Shown piece after piece: positions 1 to 14,513 of a stretch of 64,000 nt of DNA. The stretch lies in NCBI GenBank assembly GCA_051294905.1, contig CM119373.1, positions 1 through 64,000 on the forward strand, in the 5' to 3' direction. The notes beneath the pieces were generated by a model, which made no database searches, was not told where the DNA came from, and worked only from the letters and a program-made list of their open reading frames with translations. A program made the position numbers and the translations under genes. The DNA is from Botryllus schlosseri (Eukaryota). The stretch's first letter is position 1; each line of letters begins with the position of its first letter.

Positions 1-3000
1 TTCCGTCGATATCGCTCCCTGTCCGTGTCGGAGACCCGTAAAAGAGGTCTGTCCCTGTTGTAGGCCCTGCACCAGACAACCACAGCGAAATTCGGGACCT
101 CAAACAGTGTCACGGCCCCGTAATTGTCGGTCAAAATTCAAAAAATGGTCAAAAACCGTGTTTCGGCGGGTACTGCTCCGTCGATATCGCTCCCTGTCCG
201 TGTCGGAGACCCGTAAAAGAGGTCTGTCCCTGTTGTAGGGCCCTGCACCAGACAACCACAGCGAAATTCGGGACCTCAAACAGTGTCACGGCCCCGTAGT
301 TGTCGCGCAAAATTCAAAAAATGGTCAAAAACCGTGTTTCGGCGGGTACTGCTCCGTCGATATCGCTCCCTGTCCGTGTCGGAGACCCGTAAAAGAGGTC
401 TGTCCCTGTTGTAGGCCCTGCACCAGACAACCACAGCGAAATTCGGGACCTCAAACAGTGTCACGGCCCCGTAATTGTCGGTCAAAATTCAGAAAATGGT
501 CAAAAAACCGTGTTTCGGCGGGTACTGCTCCGTCGATATCGCTCCCTGTCCGTGTCGGAGACCCGCTAAAAGAGGTCTGTCCCTGTTGTAGGCCCTGCAC
601 CAGACAACCACAGCGAAATTCGGGACCTCAAACAGTGTCACGGCCCCGTAGTTGTCGCGCAAAATTCAAAAAATGGTCAAAAACCGTGTTTCGGCGGGTA
701 CTGCTCCGTCGATATCGCTCCCTGTCCGTGTCGGAGACCCGTAAAAGAGGTCTGTCCCTGTTGTAGGCCCTGCACCAGACAACCACAGCGAAATTCGGGA
801 CCTCAAACAGTGTCACGGCCCCGTAATTGTCGGTCAAAATTCAAAAAATGGTCAAAAACCGTGTTTCGGCGGGTACTGCTCCGTCGATATCGCTCCCTGT
901 CCGTGTCGGAGACCCGTAAAAGAGGTCTGTCCCTGTTGTAGGCCCTGCACCAGACAACCACAGCGAAATTCGGGACCTCAAACAGTGTCACGGCCCCGTA
1001 GTTGTCGCGCAAAATTCAAAAAATGGTCAAAAACCGTGTTTCGGCGGGTACTGCTCCGTCGATATCGCTCCCTGTCCGTGTCGGAGACCCGTAAAAGAGG
1101 TCTGTCCCTGTTGTAGGCCCTGCACCAGACAACCACAGCGAAATTCGGGACCTCAAACAGTGTCACGGCCCCGTAGTTGTCGCGCAAAATTCAAAAAATG
1201 GTCAAAAACCGTGTTTCGGCGGGTACTGCTCCGTCGATATCGCTCCCTGTCCGTGTCGGAGACCCGTAAAAGAGGTCTGTCCCTGTTGTAGGCCCTGCAC
1301 CAGACAACCACAGCGAAATTCAGGACCTCAAACAGTGTCACGGCCCCGTAGTTGTCGCGCAAAATTCAAAAAATGGTCAAAAACCGTGTTTCGGCGGGTA
1401 CTGCTCCGTCGATATCGCTCCCTGTCCGTGTCGGAGACCCGTAAAAGAGGTCTGTCCCTGTTGTAGGCCCTGCACCAGACAACCACAGCGAAATTCGGGA
1501 CCTCAAACAGTGTCACGGCCCCGTAGTTGTCGCGCAAAATTCAAAAAATTGGTCAAAAACCGTGTTTCGGCGGGTACTGCTCCGTCGATATCGCTCCCTG
1601 TCCGTGTCGGAGACCCGTAAAAGAGGTCTGTCCCTGTTGTAGGCCCTGCACCAGACAACCACAGCGAAATTCGGGACCTCAAACAGTGTCACGGCCCCGT
1701 AGTTGTCGCGCAAAATTCAAAAAATGGTCAAAAACCGTGTTTCGGCGGGTACTGCTCTGTCGATATCGCTCCCTGTCCGTGTCGGAGACCCGTAAAAGAG
1801 GTCTGTCCCTGTTGTAGGCCCTGCACCAGACAACCACAGCGAAATTCGGGACCTCAAACAGTGTCACGGCCCCGTAATTGTCGGTCAAAATTCAAAAAAT
1901 GGTCAAAAACCGTGTTTCGGGGGTACTGCTCCGTCGATATCGCTCCCTGTCCGTGTCGGAGACCCGTAAAAGAGGTCTGTCCCTGTTGTAGGCCCTGCAC
2001 CAGACAACCACAGCGAAATTCGGGACCTCAAACAGTGTCACGGCCCCGTAGTTGTCGCGCAAAATTCAAAAAATGGTCAAAAACCGTGTTTCGGCGGGTA
2101 CTGCTCCGTCGATATCGCTCCCTGTCCGTGTCGGAGACCCGTAAAAGAGGTCTGTCCCTGTTGTAGGCCCTGCACCAGACAACCACAGCGAAATTCGGGA
2201 CCTCAAACAGTGTCACGGCCCCGTAGTTGTCGCGCAAAATTCAAAAAATGGTCAAAAACCGTGTTTCGGCGGGTACTGCTCCGTCGATATCGCTCCCTGT
2301 CCGTGTCGGAGACCCGTAAAAGAGGTCTGTCCCTGTTGTAGGCCCTGCACCAGACAACCACAGCGAAATTCAGGACCTCAAACAGTGTCACGGCCCCGTA
2401 GTTGTCGCGCAAAATTCAAAAAATGGTCAAAAACCGTGTTTCGGCGGGTACTGCTCCGTCGATATCGCTCCCTGTCCGTGTCGGAGACCCGTAAAAGAGG
2501 TCTGTCCCTGTTGTAGGCCCTGCACCAGACAACCACAGCGAAATTCGGGACCTCAAACAGTGTCACGATCCCGTAATTGTCGGTCAAAATTCAAAAAAAT
2601 GGTCAAAAACCGTGTTTCGGCGGGTACTGCTCCGTCGATATCGCTCCCTGTCCGTGTCGGAGACCCGTAAAAGAGGTCTGTCCCTGTTGTAGGCCCTGCA
2701 CCAGACAACCACAGCGAAATTCGGGACCTCAAACAGTGTCACGGCCCCGTAATTGTCGGTCAAAATTCAAAAAATGGTCAAAAACCGTGTTTCGGCGGGT
2801 ACTGCTCCGTCGATATCGCTCCCTGTCCGTGTCGGAGACCCGTAAAAGAGGTCTGTCCCTGTTGTAGGCCCTGCACCAGACAACCACAGCGAAATTCAGG
2901 ACCTCAAACAGTGTCACGGCCCCGTAGTTGTCGCGCAAAATTCAAAAAATGGTCAAAAACCGTGTTTCGGCGGGTACTGCTCCGTCGATATCGCTCCCTG

Positions 3001-6000
3001 TCCGTGTCGGAGACCCGTAAAAGAGGTCTGTCCCTGTTGTAGGCCCTGCACCAGACAACCACAGCGAAATTCGGGACCTCAAACAGTGTCACGGCCCCGT
3101 AGTTGTCGCGCAAAATTCAAAAAATGGTCAAAAACCGTGTTTCGGCGGGTACTGCTCCGTCGATATCGCTCCCTGTCCGTGTCGGAGACCCGTAAAAGAG
3201 GTCTGTCCCTGTTGTAGGCCCTGCACCAGACAACCACAGCGAAATTCGGGACCTCAAACAGTGTCACGGCCCCGTAGTTGTCGCGCAAAATTCAAAAAAT
3301 GGTCAAAAACCGTGTTTCGGCGGGTACTGCTCCGTCGATATCGCTCCCTGTCCGTGTCGGAGACCCGTAAAAGAGGTCTGTCCCTGTTGTAGGCCCTGCA
3401 CCAGACAACCACAGCGAAATTCGGGACCTCAAACAGTGTCACGGCCCCGTAGTTGTCGCGCAAAATTCAAAAAATGGTCAAAAACCGTGTTTCGGCGGGT
3501 ACTGCTCCGTCGATATCGCTCCCTGTCCGTGTCGGAGACCCGTAAAAGAGGTCTGTCCCTGTTGTAGGCCCTGCACCAGACAACCACAGCGAAATTCGGG
3601 ACCTCAAACAGTGTCACGGCCCCGTAATTGTCGGTCAAAATTCAAAAAATGGTCAAAAACCGTGTTTCGGCGGGTACTGCTCCGTCGATATCGCTCCCTG
3701 TCCGTGTCGGAGACCCGTAAAAGAGGTCTGTCCCTGTTGTAGGCCCTGCACCAGACAACCACAGCGAAATTCAGGACCTCAAACAGTGTCACGGCCCCGT
3801 AGTTGTCGCGCAAAATTCAAAAAATGGTCAAAAACCGTGTTTCGGCGGGTACTGCTCCGTCGATATCGCTCCCTGTCCGTGTCGGAGACCCGTAAAAGAG
3901 GTCTGTCCCTGTTGTAGGCCCTGCACCAGACAACCACAGCGAAATTCGGGACCTCAAACAGTGTCACGGCCCCGTAGTTGTCGCGCAAAATTCAAAAAAT
4001 GGTCAAAAACCGTGTTTCGGCGGGTACTGCTCCGTCGATATCGCTCCCTGTCCGTGTCGGAGACCCGTAAAAGAGGTCTGTCCCTGTTGTAGGCCCTGCA
4101 CCAGACAACCACAGCGAAATTCGGGACCTCAAACAGTGTCACGGCCCCGTAGTTGTCGCGCAAAATTCAAAAAATGGTCAAAAACCGTGTTTCGGCGGGT
4201 ACTGCTCCGTCGATATCGCTCCCTGTCCGTGTCGGAGACCCGTAAAAGAGGTCTGTCCCTGTTGTAGGCCCTGCACCAGACAACCACAGCGAAATTCGGG
4301 ACCTCAAACAGTGTCACGGCCCCGTAGTTGTCGCGCAAAATTCAAAAAATGGTCAAAAACCGTGTTTCGGCGGGTACTGCTCCGTCGATATCGCTCCCTG
4401 TCCGTGTCGGAGACCCGTAAAAGAGGTCTGTCCCTGTTGTAGGCCCTGCACCAGACAACCACAGCGAAATTCGGGACCTCAAACAGTGTCACGGCCCCGT
4501 AGTTGTCGCGCAAAATTCAAAAAATGGTCAAAAACCGTGTTTCGGCGGGTACTGCTCCGTCGATATCGCTCCCTGTCCGTGTCGGAGACCCGTAAAAGAG
4601 GTCTGTCCCTGTTGTAGGCCCTGCACCAGACAACCACAGCGAAATTCGGGACCTCAAACAGTGTCACGGCCCCGTAGTTGTCGCGCAAAATTCAAAAAAT
4701 GGTCAAAAACCGTGTTTCGGCGGGTACTGCTCCGTCGATATCGCTCCCTGTCCGTGTCGGAGACCCGTAAAAGAGGTCTGTCCCTGTTGTAGGCCCTGCA
4801 CCAGACAACCACAGCGAAATTCGGGACCTCAAACAGTGTCACGGCCCCGTAATTGTCGGTCAAAATTCAAAAAATGGTCAAAAACCGTGTTTCGGCGGGT
4901 ACTGCTCCGTCGATATCGCTCCCTGTCCGTGTCGGAGACCCGTAAAAGAGGTCTGTCCCTGTTGTAGGCCCTGCACCAGACAACCACAGCGAAATTCAGG
5001 ACCTCAAACAGTGTCACGGCCCCGTAGTTGTCGCGCAAAATTCAAAAAATGGTCAAAAACCGTGTTTCGGCGGGTACTGCTCCGTCGATATCGCTCCCTG
5101 TCCGTGTCGGAGACCCGTAAAAGAGGTCTGTCCCTGTTGTAGGCCCTGCACCAGACAACCACAGCGAAATTCGGGACCTCAAACAGTGTCACGGCCCCGT
5201 AGTTGTCGCGCAAAATTCAAAAAATGGTCAAAAACCGTGTTTCGGCGGGTACTGCTCCGTCGATATCGCTCCCTGTCCGTGTCGGAGACCCGTAAAAGAG
5301 GTCTGTCCCTGTTGTAGGCCCTGCACCAGACAACCACAGCGAAATTCGGGACCTCAAACAGTGTCACGGCCCCGTAGTTGTCGCGCAAAATTCAAAAAAT
5401 GGTCAAAAACCGTGTTTCGGCGGGTACTGCTCCGTCGATATCGCTCCCTGTCCGTGTCGGAGACCCGTAAAAGAGGTCTGTCCCTGTTGTAGGCCCTGCA
5501 CCAGACAACCACAGCGAAATTCGGGACCTCAAACAGTGTCACGGCCCCGTAATTGTCGGTCAAAATTCAAAAAATGGTCAAAAACCGTGTTTCGGCGGGT
5601 ACTGCTCCGTCGATATCGCTCCCTGTCCGTGTCGGAGACCCGTAAAAGAGGTCTGTCCCTGTTGTAGGCCCTGCACCAGACAACCACAGCGAAATTCGGG
5701 ACCTCAAACAGTGTCACGGCCCCGTAGTTGTCGCGCAAAATTCAAAAAATGGTCAAAAACCGTGTTTCGGCGGGTACTGCTCCGTCGATATCGCTCCCTG
5801 TCCGTGTCGGAGACCCGTAAAAGAGGTCTGTCCCTGTTGTAGGCCCTGCACCAGACAACCACAGCGAAATTCGGGACCTCAAACAGTGTCACGGCCCCGT
5901 AGTTGTCGCGCAAAATTCAAAAAATGGTCAAAAACCGTGTTTCGGCGGGTACTGCTCCGTCGATATCGCTCCCTGTCCGTGTCGGAGACCCGTAAAAGTG

Positions 6001-9000
6001 GTCTGTCCCTGTTGTAGGCCCTACACCAGACAACCACAGCGAAATTCGGGACCTCAAACAGTGTCACGGCCCCGTAGTTGTCGCGCAAAATTCAAAAAAT
6101 GGTCAAAAACCGTGTTTCGGCGGGTACTGCTCCGTCGATATCGCTCCCTGTCCGTGTCGGAGACCCGTAAAAGAGGTCTGTCCCTGTTGTAGGCCCTGCA
6201 CCAGACAACCACAGCGAAATTCGGGACCTCAAACAGTGTCACGGCCCCGTAATTGTCGGTCAAAATTCAAAAAATGGTCAAAAACCGTGTTTCGGCGGGT
6301 ACTGCTCCGTCGATATCGCTCCCTGTCCGTGTCGGAGACCCGTAAAAGAGGTCTGTCCCTGTTGTAGGCCCTGCACCAGACAACCACAGCGAAATTCGGG
6401 ACCTCAAACAGTGTCACGGCCCCGTAGTTGTCGCGCAAAATTCAAAAAATGGTCAAAAACCGTGTTTCGGCGGGTACTGCTCCGTCGATATCGCTCCCTG
6501 TCCGTGTCGGAGACCCGTAAAAGAGGTCTGTCCCTGTTGTAGGCCCTGCACCAGACAACCACAGCGAAATTCGGGACCTCAAACAGTGTCACGGCCCCGT
6601 AATTGTCGGTCAAAATTCAAAAAATGGTCAAAAACCGTGTTTCGGCGGGTACTGCTCCGTCGATATCGCTCCCTGTCCGTGTCGGAGACCCGTAAAAGAG
6701 GTCTGTCCCTGTTGTAGGCCCTGCACCAGACAACCACAGCGAAATTCGGGACCTCAAACAGTGTCACGGCCACGTAGTTGTCGCGCAAAATTCAAAAAAT
6801 GGTCAAAAAACCGTGTTTCGGCGGGTACTGCTCCGTCGATATCGCTCCCTGTCCGTGTCGGAGACCCGTAAAAGAGTTCTGTCCCTGTCGTAGGCCCTGC
6901 ACCAGACAACCACAGCGAAATTCGGGACCTCAAACAGTGTCACGGCCCCGTAGTTGTCGCGCAAAATTCAAAAAATGGTCAAAAACCGTGTTTCGGCGGG
7001 TACTGCTCCGTCGATATCGCTCCCTGTCCGTGTCGGAGACCCGTAAAAGAGGTCTGTCCCTGTTGTAGGCCCTGCACCAGACAACCACAGCGAAATTCAG
7101 GACCTCAAACAGTGTCACGGCCCCGTAGTTGTCGCGCAAAATTCATAAAATGGTCAAAAACCGTGTTTCGGCGGGTACTGCTCCGTCGATATCGCTCCCT
7201 GTCCGTGTCGGAGACCCGTAAAAGAGGTCTGTCCCTGTTGTAGGCCCTGCACCAGACAACCACAGCGAAATTCGGGACCTCAAACAGTGTCACGGCCCCG
7301 TAATTGTCGGTCAAAATTCAAAAAATGGTCAAAAACCGTGTTTCGGCGGGTACTGCTCCGTCGATATCGCTCCCTGTCCGTGTCGGAGACCCGTAAAAGA
7401 GGTCTGTCCCTGTTGTAGGCCCTGCACCAGACAACCACAGCGAAATTCGGGACCTCAAACAGTGTCACGGCCCCGTAATTGTCGGTCAAAATTCAAAAAA
7501 TGGTCAAAAACCGTGTTTCGGCGGGTACTGCTATGTCGATATTGCTCCCTGTCCGTGTCGGAGACCCGTAAAAGAGGTCTGTCCCTGTTGTAGGCCCTGC
7601 ACCAGACAACCACAGCGAAATTCAGGACCTCAAACAGTGTCACGGCCCCGTAGTTGTCGCGCAAAATTCAAAAAATGGTCAAAAACCGTGTTTCGGCGGG
7701 TACTGCTCCGTCGATATCGCTCCCTGTCCGTGTCGGAGACCCGTAAAAGAGGTCTGTCCCTGTTGTAGGCCCTGCACCAGACAACCACAGCGAAATTCGG
7801 GACCTCAAACAGTGTCACGGCCCCGTAGTTGTCGCGCAAAATTCAAAAAATGGTCAAAAACCGTGTTTCGGCGGGTACTGCTCCGTCGATATCGCTCCCT
7901 GTCCGTGTCGGAGACCCGTAAAAGAGGTCTGTCCCTGTTGTAGGCCCTGCACCAGACAACCACAGCGAAATTCGGGACCTCAAACAGTGTCACGGCCCCG
8001 TAATTGTCGGTCAAAATTCAAAAAATGGTCAAAAACCGTGTTTCGGCGGGTACTGCTCCGTCGATATCGCTCCCTGTCCGTGTCGGAGACCCGTAAAAGA
8101 GGTCTGTCCCTGTTGTAGGCCCTGCACCAGACAACCACAGCGAAATTCGGGACCTCAAACAGTGTCACGGCCCCGTAGTTGTCGCGCAAAATTCAAAAAA
8201 TGGTCAAAAACCGTGTTTCGGCGGGTACTGCTCCGTCGATATCGCTCCCTGTCCGTGTCGGAGACCCGTAAAAGAGGTCTGTCCCTGTTGTAGGCCCTGC
8301 ACCAGACAACCACAGCGAAATTCGGGACCTCAAACAGTGTCACGGCCCCGTAGTTGTCGCGCAAAATTCAAAAAATGGTCAAAAACCGTGTTTCGGCGGG
8401 TACTGCTCCGTCGATATCGCTCCCTGTCCGTGTCGGAGACCCGTAAAAGTGGTCTGTCCCTGTTGTAGGCCCTGCACCAGACAACCACAGCGAAATTCGG
8501 GACCTCAAACAGTGTCACGCCCCGTAGTTGTCGCGCAAAATTCAAAAAATGGTCAAAAACCGTGTTTCGGCGGGTACTGCTCCGTCGATATCGCTCCCTG
8601 TCCGTGTCGGAGACCCGTAAAAGAGGTCTGTCCCTGTTGTAGGCCCTGCACCAGACAACCACAGCGAAATTCGGGACCTCAAACAGTGTCACGGCCCCGT
8701 AATTGTCGGTCAAAATTCAAAAAATGGTCAAAAACCGTGTTTCGGCGGGTACTGCTCCGTCGATATCGCTCCCTGTCCGTGTCGGAGACCCGTAAAAGAG
8801 GTCTGTCCCTGTTGTAGGCCCTGCACCAGACAACCACAGCGAAATTCGGGACCTCAAACAGTGTCACGGCCCCGTAGTTGTCGCGCAAAATTCAAAAAAT
8901 GGTCAAAAACCGTGTTTCGGCGGGTACTGCTCCGTCGATATCGCTCCCTGTCCGTGTCGGAGACCCGTAAAAGAGGTCTGTCCCTGTTGTAGGCCCTGCA

Positions 9001-12000
9001 CCAGACAACCACAGCGAAATTCGGGACCTCAAACAGTGTCACGGCCCCGTAATTGTCGGTCAAAATTCAAAAAATGGTCAAAAACCGTGTTTCGGCGGGT
9101 ACTGCTCCGTCGATATCGCTCCCTGTCCGTGTCGGAGACCCGTAAAAGAGGTCTGTCCCTGTTGTAGGCCCTGCACCAGACAACCACAGCGAAATTCGGG
9201 ACCTCAAACAGTGTCACGGCCACGTAGTTGTCGCGCAAAATTCAAAAAATGGTCAAAAACCGTGTTTCGGCGGGTACTGCTCCGTCGATATCGCTCCCTG
9301 TCCGTGTCGGAGACCCGTAAAAGAGTTCTGTCCCTGTCGTAGGCCCTGCACCAGACAACCACAGCGAAATTCGGGACCTCAAACAGTGTCACGGCCCCGT
9401 AGTTGTCGCGCAAAATTCAAAAAATGGTCAAAAACCGTGTTTCGGCGGGTACTGCTCCGTCGATATCGCTCCCTGTCCGTGTCGGAGACCCGTAAAAGAG
9501 GTCTGTCCCTGTTGTAGGCCCTGCACCAGACAACCACAGCGAAATTCAGGACCTCAAACAGTGTCACGGCCCCGTAGTTGTCGCGCAAAATTCATAAAAT
9601 GGTCAAAAACCGTGTTTCGGCGGGTACTGCTCCGTCGATATCGCTCCCTGTCCGTGTCGGAGACCCGTAAAAGAGGTCTGTCCCTGTTGTAGGCCCTGCA
9701 CCAGACAACCACAGCGAAATTCGGGACCTCAAACAGTGTCACGGCCCCGTAATTGTCGGTCAAAATTCAAAAAATGGTCAAAAACCGTGTTTCGGCGGGT
9801 ACTGCTCCGTCGATATCGCTCCCTGTCCGTGTCGGAGACCCGTAAAAGAGGTCTGTCCCTGTTGTAGGCCCTGCACCAGACAACCACAGCGAAATTCGGG
9901 ACCTCAAACAGTGTCACGGCCCCGTAATTGTCGGTCAAAATTCAAAAAATGGTCAAAAACCGTGTTTCGGCGGGTACTGCTATGTCGATATTGCTCCCTG
10001 TCCGTGTCGGAGACCCGTAAAAGAGGTCTGTCCCTGTTGTAGGCCCTGCACCAGACAACCACAGCGAAATTCAGGACCTCAAACAGTGTCACGGCCCCGT
10101 AGTTGTCGCGCAAAATTCAAAAAATGGTCAAAAACCGTGTTTCGGCGGGTACTGCTCCGTCGATATCGCTCCCTGTCCGTGTCGGAGACCCGTAAAAGAG
10201 GTCTGTCCCTGTTGTAGGCCCTGCACCAGACAACCACAGCGAAATTCGGGACCTCAAACAGTGTCACGGCCCCGTAGTTGTCGCGCAAAATTCAAAAAAT
10301 GGTCAAAAACCGTGTTTCGGCGGGTACTGCTCCGTCGATATCGCTCCCTGTCCGTGTCGGAGACCCGTAAAAGAGGTCTGTCCCTGTTGTAGGCCCTGCA
10401 CCAGACAACCACAGCGAAATTCGGGACCTCAAACAGTGTCACGGCCCCGTAGTTGTCGCGCAAAATTCAAAAAATGGTCAAAAACCGTGTTTCGGCGGGT
10501 ACTGCTCCGTCGATATCGCTCCCTGTCCGTGTCGGAGACCCGTAAAAGAGGTCTGTCCCTGTTGTAGGCCCTGCACCAGACAACCACAGCGAAATTCGGG
10601 ACCTCAAACAGTGTCACGGCCCCGTAATTGTCGCGCAAAATTCAAAAAATGGTCAAAAACCGTGTTTCGGCGGGTACTGCTCCGTCGATATCGCTCCCTG
10701 TCCGTGTCGGAGACCCGTAAAAGAGGTCTGTCCCTGTTGTAGGCCCTGCACCAGACAACCACAGCGAAATTCGGGACCTCAAACAGTGTCACGGCCACGT
10801 AGTTGTCGCGCAAAATTCAAAAAATGGTCAAAAACCGTGTTTCGGCGGGTACTGCTCCGTCGATATCGCTCCCTGTCCGTGTCGGAGACCCGTAAAAGAG
10901 TTCTGTCCCTGTCGTAGGCCCTGCACCAGACAACCACAGCGAAATTCGGGACCTCAAACAGTGTCACGGCCCCGTAGTTGTCGCGCAAAATTCAAAAAAT
11001 GGTCAAAAACCGTGTTTCGGCGGGTACTGCTCCGTCGATATCGCTCCCTGTCCGTGTCGGAGACCCGTAAAAGAGGTCTGTCCCTGTTGTAGGCCCTGCA
11101 CCAGACAACCACAGCGAAATTCAGGACCTCAAACAGTGTCACGGCCCCGTAGTTGTCGCGCAAAATTCAAAAAATGGTCAAAAACCGTGTTTCGGCGGGT
11201 ACTGCTCCGTCGATATCGCTCCCTGTCCGTGTCGGAGACCCGTAAAAGAGGTCTGTCCCTGTTGTAGGCCCTGCACCAGACAACCACAGCGAAATTCGGG
11301 ACCTCAAACAGTGTCACGGCCCCGTAATTGTCGGTCAAAATTCAAAAAATGGTCAAAAACCGTGTTTCGGCGGGTACTGCTCCGTCGATATCGCTCCCTG
11401 TCCGTGTCGGAGACCCGTAAAAGAGGTCTGTCCCTGTTGTAGGCCCTGCACCAGACAACCACAGCGAAATTCGGGACCTCAAACAGTGTCACGGCCCCGT
11501 AATTGTCGGTCAAAATTCAAAAAATGGTCAAAAACCGTGTTTCGGCGGGTACTGCTATGTCGATATTGCTCCCTGTCCGTGTCGGAGACCCGTAAAAGAG
11601 GTCTGTCCCTGTTGTAGGCCCTGCACCAGACAACCACAGCGAAATTCAGGACCTCAAACAGTGTCACGGCCCCGTAGTTGTCGCGCAAAATTCAAAAAAT
11701 GGTCAAAAACCGTGTTTCGGCGGGTACTGCTCCGTCGATATCGCTCCCTGTCCGTGTCGGAGACCCGTAAAAGAGGTCTGTCCCTGTTGTAGGCCCTGCA
11801 CCAGACAACCACAGCGAAATTCGGGACCTCAAACAGTGTCACGGCCCCGTAGTTGTCGCGCAAAATTCAAAAAATGGTCAAAAACCGTGTTTCGGCGGGT
11901 ACTGCTCCGTCGATATCGCTCCCTGTCCGTGTCGGAGACCCGTAAAAGAGGTCTGTCCCTGTTGTAGGCCCTGCACCAGACAACCACAGCGAAATTCGGG

Positions 12001-14346
12001 ACCTCAAACAGTGTCACGGCCCCGTAGTTGTCGCGCAAAATTCAAAAAATGGTCAAAAACCGTGTTTCGGCGGGTACTGCTCCGTCGATATCGCTCCCTG
12101 TCCGTGTCGGAGACCCGTAAAAGAGGTCTGTCCCTGTTGTAGGCCCTGCACCAGACAACCACAGCGAAATTCGGGACCTCAAACAGTGTCACGGCCCCGT
12201 AATTGTCGCGCAAAATTCAAAAAATGGTCAAAAACCGTGTTTCGGCGGGTACTGCTCCGTCGATATCGCTCCCTGTCCGTGTCGGAGACCCGTAAAAGAG
12301 GTCTGTCCCTGTTGTAGGCCCTGCACCAGACAACCACAGCGAAATTCGGGACCTCAAACAGTGTCACGGCCCCGTAATTGTCGGTCAAAATTCAAAAAAT
12401 GGTCAAAAACCGTGTTTCGGCGGGTACTGCTCCGTCGATATCGCTCCCTGTATGTGTCGGAGACCCGTAAAAGAGGTCTGTCCCTGTTGTAGGCCCTGCA
12501 CCAGACAACCACAGCGAAATTCGGGACCTCAAACAGTGTCACGGCCCCGTAGTTGTCGCGCAAAATTCAAAAAATGGTCAAAAACCGTGTTTCGGCGGGT
12601 ACTGCTCCGTCGATATCGCTCCCTGTCCGTGTCGGAGACCCGTAAAAGAGGTCTGTCCCTGTTGTAGGCCCTGCACCAGACAACCACAGCGAAATTCGGG
12701 ACCTCAAACAGTGTCACGGCCCCGTAGTTGTCGCGCAAAATTCAAAAAATGGTCAAAAACCGTGTTTCGGCGGGTACTGCTCCGTCGATATCGCTCCCTG
12801 TCCGTGTCGGAGACCCGTAAAAGAGGTCTGTCCCTGTTGTAGGCCCTGCACCAGACAACCACAGCGAAATTCGGGACCTCAAACAGTGTCACGGCCCCGT
12901 AATTGTCGGTCAAAATTCAAAAAATGGTCAAAAACCGTGTTTCGGCGGGTACTGCTCCGTCGATATCGCTCCCTGTCCGTGTCGGAGACCCGTAAAAGAG
13001 GTCTGTCCCTGTTGTAGGCCCTGCACCAGACAACCACAGCGAAATTCAGGACCTCAAACAGTGTCACGGCCCCGTAGTTGTCGCGCAAAATTCAAAAAAT
13101 GGTCAAAAACCGTGTTTCGGCGGGTACTGCTCCGTCGATATCGCTCCCTGTCCGTGTCGGAGACCCGTAAAAGAGGTCTGTCCCTGTTGTAGGCCCTGCA
13201 CCAGACAACCACAGCGAAATTCGGGACCTCAAACAGTGTCACGGCCCCGTAGTTGTCGCGCAAAATTCAAAAAATGGTCAAAAACCGTGTTTCGGCGGGT
13301 ACTGCTCCGTCGATATCGCTCCCTGTCCGTGTCGGAGACCCGTAAAAGAGGTCTGTCCCTGTTGTAGGCCCTGCACCAGACAACCACAGCGAAATTCGGG
13401 ACCTCAAACAGTGTCACGGCCCCGTAATTGTCGGTCAAAATTCAAAAAATGGTCAAAAACCGTGTTTCGGCGGGTACTGCTCCGTCGATATCGCTCCCTG
13501 TCCGTGTCGGAGACCCGTAAAAGAGGTCTGTCCCTGTTGTAGGCCCTGCACCAGACAACCACAGCGAAATTCGGGACCTCAAACAGTGTCACGGCCCCGT
13601 AGTTGTCGCGCAAAATTCAAAAAATGGTCAAAAACCGTGTTTCGGCGGGTACTGCTCCGTCGATATCGCTCCCTGTCCGTGTCGGAGACCCGTAAAAGAG
13701 GTCTGTCCCTGTTGTAGGCCCTGCACCAGACAACCACAGCGAAATTCGGGACCTCAAACAGTGTCACGGCCCCGTAGTTGTCGCGCAAAATTCAAAAAAT
13801 GGTCAAAAACCGTGTTTCGGCGGGTACTGCTCCGTCGATATCGCTCCCTGTCCGTGTCGGAGACCCGTAAAAGAGGTCTGTCCCTGTTGTAGGCCCTGCA
13901 CCAGACAACCACAGCGAAATTCGGGACCTCAAACAGTGTCACGGCCCCGTAATTGTCGGTCAAAATTCAAAAAATGGTCAAAAACCGTGTTTCGGCGGGT
14001 ACTGCTCCGTCGATATCGCTCCCTGTCCGTGTCGGAGACCCGTAAAAGAGGTCTGTCCCTGTTGTAGGCCCTGCACCAGACAACCACAGCGAAATTCGGG
14101 ACCTCAAACAGTGTCACGGCCCCGTAGTTGTCGCGCAAAATTCAAAAAATGGTCAAAAACCGTGTTTCGGCGGGTACTGCTCCGTCGATATCGCTCCCTG
14201 TCCGTGTCGGAGACCCGTAAAAGAGGTCTGTCCCTGTTGTAGGCCCTGCACCAGACAACCACAGCGAAATTCGGGACCTCAAACAGTGTCACGGCCCCGT
14301 AATTGTCGGTCAAAATTCAAAAAATGGTCAAAAACCGTGTTTCGGC
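1..14346. repeat. 175-bp tandem satellite array, about 82 near-identical units, continuing off the left edge
   Basis: Unit (..gtttcggcgggtactgctccgtcgatatcgctccctgtccgtgtcggagacccgtaaaagagg..) recurs every 175 bp, with occasional 174/176-bp steps from 1-bp indels. Two main variants: gtagttgtcgcgc and gtaattgtcggtc. The last unit switches to the diverged variant at ~14347. Confidence 0.99.
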
Positions 14347-14513
14347 GCGTACTGCTCCGTCGATATAGCAAGTAGTACGTGTACGAGACCCGTAAAAGAG
14401 GTTTGCGCGTCTTGTAGGCCTAGCACACGACAACTGCAGCGAGATTTAGGACCTTAAACAGTGTCAACAACCGCCCAAAATGAATAAAAATCGTCAAAAA
14501 ACGTGTTTCGGCG

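Noticed and set aside
276..14313. Dozens of 69-aa ORFs (MRDNYGAVTLFEV..) in the satellite
   Set aside because: Artefact of the 175-bp period (not a multiple of 3), with non-ATG starts, tolerated 1-bp indels and no recognisable domain.
1..14346. CRISPR-like array
   Set aside because: No unique spacers; whole monomers repeat; eukaryotic context; no cas genes.
1..14346. RSS-like motifs (cacagcg/aacagtg and tcaaaaacc) or a CENP-B box in the monomer
   Set aside because: Heptamer-nonamer spacing is not 12 or 23, and NTTCGNNNNANNCGGGN is not matched on either strand.
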